A stretch of DNA of 63,590 nt, filler included, from Octopus bimaculoides (lineage: Eukaryota), in NCBI RefSeq assembly GCF_001194135.2. It is 6 parts of 6 records of this genome, joined end to end, with 100 filler letters (N's around TTAATTAATTAA, not from the genome) between each part and the next. Parts side by side here need not be neighbours in the genome. Positions count along the whole stretch, not along the records: positions 27,616 to 55,601 come from NC_068996.1; positions 55,702 to 58,081 come from NW_026368331.1; positions 58,182 to 60,277 come from NW_026380646.1; positions 60,378 to 63,590 come from NC_069005.1; 2 more parts are not named here. The stretch is one strand, 5' to 3'. The notes beneath the pieces were generated by a model. The model saw only the letters and a program-made list of their open reading frames with translations. It ran no database searches and was not told the DNA's origin. The position numbers were made by a program, and so were the translations under genes. Shown in pieces: positions 51,584 through 63,590 of the stretch (position 1 is the first letter of the stretch; every line of letters begins with the position of its first letter).

Positions 51584-52985
51584 ATTTAGACCATAAAGTA
51601 CCAGTGACACTGTATGAAAGAATATCATGTGAATATATCCTGTGTGTCTACCTATTATCACAAACACAGTTACATCTCAGCTTTTTAAAATTACAATTGA
51701 ATTACAATTGTAACCTTGTGAAAAATCATTCAACCTTTAAATAGTGGACACCATCAGTTGATGTTACAAAAATTTTATATTGAGACAGCCATCATCAAAG
51801 GAAATTGAATATTTTAAGGCACTTTCCAATAATGAGATTGTAAATGTTTATGTGTAAAGTACTAATGATTATTATAGCTTTTGTACTTATATAAAGTGAA
51901 AATATGTAATAAAAATTATCCTTAAGAAAACGAGATTTGTTTTTTGTATTTTGCCCATTTGGCACTCACATTCATGCAACCCTTTAGCACTTAAACTAGC
52001 CAGATCCAGCCCAAATATTTTACTTGCTTTATGCTCAAACCAGCCAGGTTGAGCCTCTCAAACCTACCCGACAATGTCATTTTATAAATAATCAGATCAT
52101 CGAAACAAAATAATGCATACATCTGATAAAGTAATCTGAATGCTAATGGGGCTAAGGGTTAATGAGTTTAAAATTTGTACTAAATGTATCATCTACACAG
52201 CCCACAACCACACGAACATGTGTTAATGCTATTAAACAAAAGCATTGTTTTTGTAGTTCTAATATCTCTCCCCCCCTCCCACAACATATCTTCCTGATAG
52301 TCCTCCAACTTCCAGTGTACACTCACTGCATTCCCTTCCACCTCCCATTCTCCTTTCACAATATCGGTGAACTTACTCGATAGCTTACCCTCTCATCCCT
52401 ATCCAACCCTCTGTATCACTTCACTTATTAAAACCACCTCCCTGTAACATGAGGATGCACCCTGCCACATACTCATCATCTCCCCCCCCACACTCTCACC
52501 TAACTCCCTACCTCTCCTCCCCACCCCCGTCACCTCTCTCTCTCTATCTCTCCTCCTCCCCTCTTTCCAACTGAAGCAGCCATGTGTTTCTTCTACTGCA
52601 AAACACCTATTTGTCATGCTGGAATAGGTTGGACAGTTCACTAATTTCAGGGAGGGTTAAGTTGAGTACATCGACCTCAGTGTTTAGTTGGTGCTTATCT
52701 TATCGACCCCTTGGAAGGATGAAAGGCAAAGTTGACCATGACAGAAATCGAACTCAGAACCTAAAGACAGATGAAATGATGCTAAGCATTTTGCCCTGCG
52801 TGCTGACAGTTCTGTCAGCTCGTGGCCTTGTTAACTTTCATAATGCCAACCATTTCACTGAGTGTATGGGATGCAATTTAAAAAAAAAATTTTATTAGCT
52901 TCTGCACTGGTGAGATCATCTTGTAATTCTCAAGACTAAAGAAGTCTTCTTCAGTTCTTTAGTTATCAGTATTTTTCACTATCAA

Positions 52986-53217
52986 AAGGCGGCGAGCTGG
53001 CAGAAACATTAGAACACCAGGCGAAATGCTTAGCGGTATTTCGTCTGCTGCTACGTTCTGAGTTCAAATTCCTCCGAGCTCAACTTTGCTTTTCATCCTT
53101 TGTCGATAAATTAAGTACCAGTTACGCACTGGGGTCGATGTAATCGATTTAATCCCTTTGTCTGTCCTTGTTTGTCCCCTCTATGTTTAGCCCCTTGTGG
53201 GCAATAAAGAAATAAGA
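52986..53217 (+). mobile_element. Young SINE family C copy
   Basis: aggcggcgagctggcagaaacattag...aaagaaataagaa. Confidence 0.85.
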
Positions 53218-53472
53218 ATTGTTAGCACAATAAACGAAATGCTTAACACGATTTTGTCCATCTTTATGTTCTGAGTTCAAATTCTACCACAGTTGACTTT
53301 GCCTGTCATTGTTTCTAGGTTCCATAAAATAGGTACCAATTGAGCACGGGGATCAATGTATTCATTGTAATTCAAATTTCGGTCTTGTGCCAAAATTTGA
53401 AACCATTATTTTGCATTCTTTCCGATTCTGAACTGCCTGCCAAGCTTGTCAGTCTAACAACAATTTTGACAG

Positions 53473-53560
53473 ACCAGCAGCACTCACTGTCTGAGACCAT
53501 CATTAGTGAAGTGAATAATTTTGGTCTGTTGCTAATAGGCTCGTTTTTTTCATCATTTTG
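53473..53560 (+). CDS. Candidate 88-nt exon (xDQQHSLSETIISEVNNFGLLLIGSFFSSFW)
   Basis: CTAAC branch-like motif, ttttgacag acceptor, TG|GTGAGT donor; phase not directly compatible with the 50269 exon. Confidence 0.3.
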
Positions 53561-54232
53561 GTGAGTCTCATTGAAACTTTCTACTGTGGTTCTGTATTCC
53601 AAGAACATTGTTGTTGGGAGGATGTCTGTTGTCAGGTGGCAGCTAACAACAGCTGTTTAGAATTATTACTGAAAGCTTCCTAAGGAGTTTCAGGCTGCAA
53701 TGACTTTGGTGAGATATGGTTGTTCTTTAGTGTTGTGCTGATGCATAAGATGTCAAAGGTTGAAAAAGAATAGGAGCCTGTCATATTAACAATATCTGTC
53801 AATCTTGTATTTGTATTAATTGTTGTCGAGTAGTCCAAGGCCAGACTTGATTGAATTCTATGATCAAAGATACTTCATCATCACTATCTTGTGTTTTTTA
53901 CTATGAATTATGAACCAAGGGTCACCTTATGTAACGTATCCCTTTTTTAACATATAGGATGTGACTTGATAGAAAAGACTTTTTAATCACATAACCATTG
54001 CCAAAATAGCTGGCCAGTCACTTAACATGTGTGATGTAGGTCTTCCCATTAATATTTGAATGTTTATGATGAGAAATTTTTCAGGGATAGAAATACAAAT
54101 TTACAGAATTTTAGTTGTTAATTCATAATATGAGAACAAATTTTGATTACTTTTTATCGTTTTTTTTAAAATTCAGTGAGCATCCCAGGAAAAAAAATCC
54201 ATAGCCATTGTTCACAAGTGTGTAAACATGTA

Positions 54233-54775
54233 CAGTAATGTCTTGATATACGAGTTAAATTTGTTCCTGGAGACTTCTCGTAAAGCAGAAACTTGTAAAG
54301 CAGAGCAATAATTCCCCATAGCAATATTATAAATTGTAATTTGTTCCCAGAAAAATATTTTACCAATAAAATTTATAATACTCATAAATAGATGGCAATA
54401 AAACAACAGTAGAATGTAAAGAATATTTTATGTGAAGTAAAAAAAATGCCAAGATCATTTATAATAAAAAATATTATTATTATAATCATTTTCTGAATCG
54501 CTTTCACTCGCACTAGACTTGCGTACGCCATCACTTGTACACTTGATTGCTGATTTGCAAGCACTCATAGATTTCTTTTTAAAAAACAAATCTAGAGTTG
54601 TTTGCTTAGAAGCAGCTTTTTGCTCTTTATAAATTTCTCAGTAACATGCAGAAGAATTTATTATGGTAGTGGAAACTTTTGCACTTTGTTCAAATTTTGG
54701 GTCTTGTGCTTGAAAAATAAAACCCGTAAACACAGTGTCTTGTACAGCAGGTCCTCATTAAGGGAGGTATTACTG
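54233..54775 (+). mobile_element. Tigger/pogo-like MITE, second copy
   Basis: TA|cagtaatgtcttgatat...gaggtattactg; collinear with 45580-46146. Confidence 0.75.
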
Positions 54776-55601
54776 CACCATGCTTTTGTTTAAGTGTTTT
54801 AGGTGACTAAGTAGTCTTGACACAATCTTGGCGCTCCCTCCCTGGACCCAGTGAGTGAAACATTGAGAATGTGACAGAGAGGTTAAAATGCTACAGTAGT
54901 GTTTGGCTTGTACTCATTTTTTATTTGAGTAGACTGGAGTTACATAGAAGAATTAAGTATCTTGCTCAAGGACAAATGTGCCACTCCCTTCAGGAATTGA
55001 ATCCATCATCATATGATCTACAATTGAGCACTCCTAACTATTAGGCCATGTGCCCTCACAGCCCTCTAAAAGATGATCAAAAATTTTTTTTGCTTTTTTG
55101 CTTCTTTTTAAGGTGGTTCTCAGCTGAGGTCAACATGACCTTTGGAGGTCCATATAAGATTTTGTTGTTAAAATTTACATGCAATGAAATTGATTAATAC
55201 TTCTACAATACACAAAATATTGCAACAATTTCGTTATACATTTCTTAATAATAATCAAATTATAAAATTATCATAGGATGTCTTTTATACACATTGAATG
55301 GCTGTAGGGGTCCTGTTGAATAAAATAGGAATCAAAGGGGGTCCATATGCAAAAAATGGTTGAGAGCTGCTGGACTGGAACCATGAAGGAATTTTTCTCC
55401 TCACACAGGTGCAGGTATGGCTGTGTGGTAAGAAGTTTGCTTCACAACCACATGTTTCTGGGTTCAAGTCCCACTTTGTGGCACTTAGGCAAATGTTTTC
55501 TACTATAGCCTTGGGCCAACCAAAGCCTTGTGAGTAGGCTTCTTAGATGGAAACTGAAAGAAGCTCATTGTATAACTATGTGTGTGTGTGTGTCTTTGTA
55601 T

Positions 55602-55701
55602 NNNNNNNNNNNNNNNNNNNNNNNNNNNNNNNNNNNNNNNNNNNNTTAATTAATTAANNNNNNNNNNNNNNNNNNNNNNNNNNNNNNNNNNNNNNNNNNN
55701 N
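55602..55701. other. Artificial scaffold join (linker 55646-55657)
   Basis: 44 N + TTAATTAATTAA + 44 N. Confidence 0.95.
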
Positions 55702-55812
55702 AACAGAAAACGAACTTTTTTTCGAACAACGAAAAAAAAACAAGGATGCATAAGTTATTTGAGGATATGCATTTTTGGGGGTCATTGCTACATGTTTTGC
55801 TCTGTATAATCT

Positions 55813-56310
55813 TTGTTTCAGAAAATAAAAATGGCGGACCCTCATCTTACTCAAGAAATGAAGAAGCATGCTGCCATTGTGGTTATGAAGGCTAAGCATA
55901 GCGATTTAGAAATATCTCGATTTTTAAATGTTGCCAGATCTTTCGTCTACAAAGTTTGTAAGGAGCTAAAGACTGAAGATGGAAACGTATCGCCACTAGC
56001 AAAGCATAAAAAGCATTCTAAACGCTCTGAAAGCATCAGAACACTTGAGTTCAACAGACCATTGATCACGATCCCAGAAAATCCATGAGGTCAATTGTAA
56101 AAGATCTCCATTTGTCCGAAGGAACAGTCAGAGATGTTATCCACAAAGAAATCAGAAATAAGTCTTATATGACGAGGAAAGGTCAATTTGTCAGAAAAAG
56201 CAAAACAAAATCATTACATCAGATCTTTGAAGATACATAGAGAAATTGACAAATCCAGCAGAAGAAAATTTGATTTGGTTTTTCTCAAACGAGAAAAACT
56301 TCAAGCATAC
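55813..56310 (+). mobile_element. IS630-Tc1-mariner transposase N-terminal relic
   Basis: HSDLEISRFLNVARSFVYKVCKEL (HTH), then frameshifted ..LHLSEGTVRDVIHKEI..WFFSNEKNF. Confidence 0.6.
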
Positions 56311-57000
56311 ATAAAGTATATACATGCATAAAGTGTATACGCACACATTAGCTGCTACATACATACATAAGCACACACACATACACACACATACGCACAA
56401 AAGCGCACACCATCTGATGACTTCATACACATAACTTAAACAGCCTCGCACACTCCCATACATACACTTTCGTCCACACACACGCACAAATAAATACATG
56501 GAACACACATGCATACACAGGTCTACAAACGCACAGGTAATATTCATACTCACACACGTACTTATCCCCACAAACACATGCACCGAGCTCGCCCATACAC
56601 ACGTATAAAAACACGTACAAATTATACTCATATCAACACATACGCTTGGCCCAACACACTTGAGCCAGGTCGCTATGTCACACGTGCCATTCGTGTCTCC
56701 AACCACATCCTGCAACAGGTAATCTAGACACGATTTGTTTCGATTTTACCTCCGTTGTTTTTCCGACTCCATCCGTTTTCTTATCTCAGTCTTTGTCAAG
56801 AAGGGCATAGGTTCGAAACGTCAAACGCTCTTCCATTTTTGCTGAGCATCAAACTAAAACGCTGTGTTTGTTGTTCCCACACCCTTGTCTGTCTTTTGTT
56901 TTTCGTTTTTATGCACAATTTTGGAACACACACACGCACATACTCAGAAATATATATATATCGTCTTAAATATATGTGTATACATACATATATACATATG

Positions 57001-57035
<35 letters not shown>

Positions 57036-58081
57036 NNNNNNNNNNNNNNNNNNNNNNNNNNNNNNNNNNNNNNNNNNNNNNNNNNNNNNNNNNNNNNNNN
57101 NNNNNNNNNNNNNNNNNNNNNNNNNNNNNNNNNNNNNNNNNNNNNNNNNNNNNNNNNNNNNNNNNNNNNNNNNNNNNNNNNNNNNNNNNNNNNNNNNNNN
57201 NNNNNNNNNNNNNNNNNNNNNNNNNNNNNNNNNNNNNNNNNNNNNNNNNNNNNNNNNNNNNNNNNNNNNNNNNNNNNNNNNNNNNNNNNNNNNNNNNNNN
57301 NNNNNNNNNNNNNNNNNNNNNNNNNNNNNNNNNNNNNNNNNNNNNNNNNNNNNNNNNNNNNNNNNNNNNNNNNNNNNNNNNNNNNNNNNNNNNNNNNNNN
57401 NNNNNNNNNNNNNNNNNNNNNNNNNNNNNNNNNNNNNNNNNNNNNNNNNNNNNNNNNNNNNNNNNNNNNNNNNNNNNNNNNNNNNNNNNNNNNNNNNNNN
57501 NNNNNNNNNNNNNNNNNNNNNNNNNNNNNNNNNNNNNNNNNNNNNNNNNNNNNNNNNNNNNNNNNNNNNNNNNNNNNNNNNNNNNNNNNNNNNNNNNNNN
57601 NNNNNNNNNNNNNNNNNNNNNNNNNNNNNNNNNNNNNNNNNNNNNNNNNNNNNNNNNNNNNNNNNNNNNNNNNNNNNNNNNATATATATATATGGAGTGA
57701 TAGATAGTGTGTGAGAGAGAGAGAGAGATGGAGAGAGGGAGAACTAGACAAAGATCAGATACGTCATCCATTAGATTTTCTTGTATTTCTAAAGGTGTTG
57801 CCAAGTAGTCATTGATAATGGTAGAGCAGCAGTAGAGCACAGGTGTGATAGCTAATTAGTATTGCAGATGTTTTGATGTATACGAAACACATAACGCACA
57901 GATGATTACTTCAGATTTCAATAAGAACCAAAGCTAGATCACAAGTTCAGAACACGGGTCTTGTTAGATAATGTTTCTCGTTCTGAAAGCTTTCGTTGCC
58001 TTCTCATCATTATAGACATATACATATACATACATATATAAACACATACGGACATGCATAGATAGATAGATAGATAGATAG

Positions 58082-58181
58082 NNNNNNNNNNNNNNNNNNN
58101 NNNNNNNNNNNNNNNNNNNNNNNNNTTAATTAATTAANNNNNNNNNNNNNNNNNNNNNNNNNNNNNNNNNNNNNNNNNNNN
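58082..58181. other. Artificial scaffold join (linker 58126-58137)
   Basis: 44 N + TTAATTAATTAA + 44 N. Confidence 0.95.
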
Positions 58182-60277
58182 GTACGTACGTAAGAAAGAA
58201 CAGACGAACGTACGTTCGTACGAACGAACGAGCTAACGAACGAAGGAAGGAACGAACGACCGACCGAAGGAAGGAAGGAACGAACGAACGTACGTACTAA
58301 TGAACGAACGAACGAACATTCGTACGAACGAACAAACGAACGAACGAACGAACGTACGTACGAACGAACGAACAAACGTACGTACGAAAGTACGAGCGAT
58401 CGAACGAACGGACGAACGAACGAACGAACGTACGAACGAACAAATTAATGAACGAACGAACGAACGATCGTACGTACGAACGAACGAACGTACGTACGTA
58501 AGTACGAGCGAACGAACGACCGGACGAACGAACGAACGTACGAACGAACGAACGTACGTACGAATGAACGAACGAACGATCTAACGAATGTATGTATGTA
58601 CTACGTACGAACAAATGAACGTACGTACGAAGGAACGAAGGGATGAATGGACGTACGAATGAACAATCGTACGTACGTACGTTCATACGAACGAATGAAC
58701 GAACGACCGAACGAACGTAAGTACAAACGAACGAACGTACGTACGTACGTACGAGCGAAAGATCAAACGAACAAATTAATGAATGAACGAACGAACGTAC
58801 GTACGTACGTATGTAAGTATNNNNNNNNNNNNNNNNNNNNNNNNNNNNNNNNNNNNNNNNNNNNNNNNNNNNNNNNNNNNNNNNNNNNNNNNNNNNNNNN
58901 NNNNNNNNNNNNNNNNNNNNNNNNNNNNNNNNNNNNNNNNNNNNNNNNNNNNNNNNNNNNNNNNNNNNNNNNNNNNNNNNNNNNNNNNNNNNNNNNNNNN
59001 NNNNNNNNNNNNNNNNNNNNNNNNNNNNNNNNNNNNNNNNNNNNNNNNNNNNNNNNNNNNNNNNNNNNNNNNNNNNNNNNNNNNNNNNNNNNNNNNNNNN
59101 NNNNNNNNNNNNNNNNNNNNNNNNNNNNNNNNNNNNNNNNNNNNNNNNNNNNNNNNNNNNNNNNNNNNNNNNNNNNNNNNNNNNNNNNNNNNNNNNNNNN
59201 NNNNNNNNNNNNNNNNNNNNNNNNNNNNNNNNNNNNNNNNNNNNNNNNNNNNNNNNNNNNNNNNNNNNNNNNNNNNNNNNNNNNNNNNNNNNNNNNNNNN
59301 NNNNNNNNNNNNNNNNNNNNNNNNNNNNNNNNNNNNNNNNNNNNNNNNNNNNNNNNNNNNNNNNNNNNNNNNNNNNNNNNNNNNNNNNNNNNNNNNNNNN
59401 NNNNNNNNNNNNNNNNNNNNNNNNNNNNNNNNNNNNNNNNNNNNNNNNNNNNNNNNNNNNNNNNNNNNNNNNNNNNNNNNNNNNNNNNNNNNNNNNNNNN
59501 NNNNNNNNNNNNNNNNNNNNNNNNNNNNNNNNNNNNNNAACAAACATACGTACGAACGAATGAACGAACGAACGTATGTACGTACGTACGAGCGAACCAA
59601 CGAACGAACAAATTAATTAACGAACGAACGTACGTACTTATGTAAATATGAACGAATGATCGAACGAACGAAAGAACGAACGAACTAATGAACGAACGCA
59701 CGTACTTAAGAACGAACAAATGAACGTACGTTCGTACGAACGAACGAACGAACGAACGAACGAACAAACTTACGAACTAACGAACGAACGAACATACGAA
59801 CGAACGAAAGAACGAACGAACGTACGTTCGTACGAAGGAACGAACGTACATACGAACGGACAAACGACCGTATATACGAACGAAAGAATGAACGTATGAA
59901 CGCACCAACGAACGTACGAACGAGCGAACGAACAAACGAATGTACGTACGAATGAACAAACGAACGTACGTATGTACGTGCGAACGAACGATCGAACGAA
60001 TGTACGTATGTACTACTTACGAACGAATGAACGTACGTACGAACGAACGAACGAACAAACATACGTACGAACGAATGAACGAACGAACGTATGTACGTAC
60101 GTACGAGCGAACCAACGAACGAACAAATATGAAAATATGAACGAATGATCGAACGACCGAAAGAACGAAGGAACGAACGAACTAATGAACGGAAGAATCA
60201 ACTGACGAACTCTCGTACGCATCCAAAAACGAACGAACGAACGAAGGAACGAACGAACGAACATACGAACATACGAA
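58182..60277. repeat. CpG-rich (ACGA)n/(ACGT)n satellite with an internal N gap
   Basis: Continuous aacg/tacg units; a block of about 73 bp is repeated exactly at 59541 and 60056. Confidence 0.95.
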
Positions 60278-60377
60278 NNNNNNNNNNNNNNNNNNNNNNN
60301 NNNNNNNNNNNNNNNNNNNNNTTAATTAATTAANNNNNNNNNNNNNNNNNNNNNNNNNNNNNNNNNNNNNNNNNNNN
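60278..60377. other. Artificial scaffold join (linker 60322-60333)
   Basis: 44 N + TTAATTAATTAA + 44 N. Confidence 0.95.
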
Positions 60378-60428
<51 letters not shown>

Positions 60429-60588
60429 ATATACATATGGACAGAGAGAAAGGGAGAGAGAGGAAGTTACATACATACATAATGCATATATACATACATA
60501 CATTTACATGCATATACATATAAGTATTTGTAAATTTATATTTGTATACATAATTAGATAGATAGAAATAAAGACGGGTTAATGGACG

Positions 60589-60637
<49 letters not shown>

Positions 60638-61231
60638 GCAGACGCATGCAGACAGGCAGGCAAGTAGATACAGACACATGGATGGCAATACGGCAGTGGC
60701 AGCCACTAATGTACTCCAAGCAGATGTATATCTTAATTTTGTGCGACACGCGTTCAAGTGAATAAGGTCAAAGCGATGTAGTTCATGCATTGTGAAAGCA
60801 ATGCACTTATGAAACATCGGCCCATTGTTATGAATTTTCGCCGCCAGTCAATGTACGGAAAGGAATTCTTCATGAAAGAAACGTATCAGATTTTCCTCTG
60901 GTTTTTAATCTGATTCGCAAAATACTTTCAAATTATTTAGATAGCTTGAAGACAACTGTAATATCTAGGTAATGAATAACTCGCCAAGCAGGGTTGTTAT
61001 CTCTCAAAAGCTATAAGAAATGAAGGTATCTCTGTCCTTATACTTCACACGCTATTCATTATCGTCTCTTCTCTCTCTTCTCTCTTTCTCTATTTCTATC
61101 AATTTATTTATCTCTATCTTTTCTTAATGAGTATTTAAGTAAAGAATGTATGTAAAGTGTGTGTATATGTCTGTGTGTGAGAGAATGTGTATGAATATAC
61201 ATGTATCAATAGATAAACTGATGGTCAGAGT

Positions 61232-61800
61232 TCACCTAGGAATAAATGTCTCATTTTTGCCATACAGTTTCAAATTATCCATGAAGAGGAGGTGGTTGAT
61301 TGTTTGTGGTTTTTCCTTTAGTTGGTACCCCAGGTTCATTTTCCTGAGTACCAAAGTCAGAACGAAAAGCAACAGAGATAGGCTTTCACCCTGGAAAATC
61401 CCACTTCTGATACCTAAAATGCCCAGGCTTTTTCCGGAAGATGTCAGTTCAGTTTTCCATCCCACCATTCTTCTCTTCAGGAAACATGCTACATTCCTCA
61501 CAATTCCAAACAGATCGAAGCCCTCGATGATCCACCAATGTGGAATCATATCACAAGTTTTGTGATAGTCAATCCAGGCCATTCCCAGATTTGTTCTCCT
61601 TCGTTTACAATCTTGCATTACCATTTTGTCTATCAACAGTAGATCTTTGGTACCTCTGCATCTCATTCTACCGCCTTTTTGTTCTGGCAATAATACATCG
61701 TTCTCATCAAGAAATTTATACAGTTCTGCAATTTTCTTCTGAAAAAATTCTATAGGTCCCAGTGTATTCAGCTGCCCGAGGATCTCGAGTGTAGGGGCCC
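61232..61800 (-). mobile_element. R4/Dong-like (RLE-type) non-LTR RT fragment
   Basis: [57 protein letters not shown]. Confidence 0.8.
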
Positions 61801-62371
61801 AGTTACGATCTTTGTATGCTGTGGATTGCTGTCAATAATTACTACAGGACCCAGTATAATGATTCGACTGTGTTTTATAATGCAGCTAAGACGGCCTTGC
61901 TTAGAGGTAGAGTTCGTACGGGTATTATACACATTATCTAATATCTAGGAGAAATGCTTTTTGTAGCTAAAAGATTATTGTATTTTCACTGGAATATATG
62001 TTAAGATTATTTAGGTGCAGAAGAATACAGAAAAATAAATTTTGCTGAAATAGAATGGAAAATTCTGTGGTAACAAAATTGATTATAAATGCGCAAAAGA
62101 CACAAACTAAGACGGCAATTAAATTAAATTAGAGGCTACTCGTTGCAATACATTTCAATGCTGTGTGGGGGAAATAATGCAATTTAAACGAAAATAAAAA
62201 AGTAATGCCACACATATATATATATACATATACATANNNNNNNNNNNNNNNNNNNNNNNNNNNNNNNNNNNNNNNNNNNNNNNNNNNNNNNNNNNNNNNN
62301 NNNNNNNNNNNNNNNNNNNNNNNNNNNNNNNNNNNNNNNNNNNNNNNNNNNNNNNNNNNNNNNNNNNNNNN

Positions 62372-62432
<61 letters not shown>

Positions 62433-63229
62433 TACATATATATTTATATATATATATATATACATACATATATACATATATATAATAGCCTCTCTAATTT
62501 AATTACATTGCTATTTTTTGCAATTAATTAAATTCTTGCGTCATTCGTTTACTCGCAATCAAAAAAATCTATAACCTCAATTCGAGAACATTCTGCTCTT
62601 AAGATCAAATTTTATTTAACTCATTCTTTCACGTAACTAAACTTACATCTTTTCTCTCTACTTCATTCTCTACTTTTATTGTTATTATAGTGAAAGGTCG
62701 CAAGACGATACTTAAATATTTCATGTACATACATACTTACATATATATATATGCATGAAGGAAACCAAGAAAATATAAGAGATTGCTTCTAAAATATTTA
62801 CATACATCCGCTTACGCAGGTTTCATTAACAGCGAATGAATATGCTAGTTTACATAGTATAAATTACATAATCAAAGTGCATTGTCAAATCTTCAGAGAC
62901 CTGTTACCATCATGGGCATAGGAGGTTATTTGTCGTGCAATCTAAATTTTAAGACTCATATAAATATATAGATATGTATGCATACATATGCATATATGTG
63001 TGTGTGGGGGGGGGGGGTATGTGTGTGTGTGTGTACATACATACATATACATAAAGGGTATAAATGGCGGGCTTTAGATATTTATTCATTTGTGCATTAT
63101 GTACTTACATTTGTTTCTGATATGCATTTTAGATGCATTCATGGTTCTGTTTATTCAATCGGTCGATTGAGAGATTGAAAAATTGAATGACTAGCACATC
63201 ATGTGCCAATATATATATATATGAAAGCC

Positions 63230-63352
63230 ATAGTTCTATATTTAAGAGATGCGGAATTCTGTACATTATTTACCTTATTTACATTATTTACATTTGACGG
63301 ATATTTGAACTCATCTTGTTTGTTGTTAACACAACGTTTCGGCTGATATACC
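63230..63352 (-). mobile_element. Penelope pLTR-like fragment (same family as 22570) with only the 3' half of the hammerhead
   Basis: Minus gagggtatatcagccGAAACGTTgtgttaacaacaaacaagatgag; the CUGA half is replaced by a SINE B fragment (63353-63480). Confidence 0.6.
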
Positions 63353-63540
63353 CTCACAAGGCTTTGGTCTGCTCGACGCCATATCAGAAGACACTTGCTC
63401 AAGGTGCCACGGAGTGGGACTGAACCCAGGACCCTGTGGTTGGGGAGCAAGCTTCTTATCATACGGCCACTCCTGCACCTATATGTGTGTGCGTCTATCT
63501 GTCGGTGTGTGTGTGTTTGTGTGCGTACTACACAGACTAT

Positions 63541-63590
<50 letters not shown>

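Noticed and set aside
52899-52909. 11-nt microexon CTTCTGCACTG that would bridge the phases of the 50269 and 53473 exons
   Set aside because: A-rich weak acceptor next to a SINE relic; the phase match has a high chance probability. It would need junction reads.
56755-59767. Long ORFs spanning N gaps (also 20521-21643)
   Set aside because: Artefacts of translating N runs and flanking microsatellites.

Overview
This is AT-rich, microsatellite- and SINE-dense eukaryotic genomic DNA. Its repeat families look like those of an octopod cephalopod (inference from repeat content). Five artificial 100-bp joins (44 N + TTAATTAATTAA + 44 N) and four plain N gaps break up the window. The only firmly supported host gene is the 3' half of an SLC6 monoamine transporter on the minus strand. 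It is closest to invertebrate dopamine transporters (DAT) and has eight internal exons (135/104/125/113/129/100/101/168 nt, 25050 to 15308), all with canonical AG/GT ends and compatible phases. The most striking feature is the gene's end. The last coding exon is present twice in tandem, 108 nt apart, and each copy has its own acceptor. The copies are 21/27 aa identical but differ at most synonymous sites. They give two C-termini with different PDZ-type ligands (-SRI* vs -EQV*). The first copy is preceded by a 569-nt AG-free pyrimidine tract with a CTAAC at its far edge, a candidate distant branch point. The 5' half of DAT is not visible. The block after the 27.5-kb join instead carries plus-strand candidate exons of an unidentified gene, so it is either a nested antisense gene or a misplaced scaffold. 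The rest is transposon material: Penelope (inverted pLTRs, minimal hammerhead motifs), Tc1/mariner, L1/Tx1, RTE (one with a PHD finger inside the RT), R4/Dong, tRNA-derived SINEs, MITEs and an (ACGA/ACGT)n satellite. Exon coordinates are exact; most repeat boundaries are approximate.
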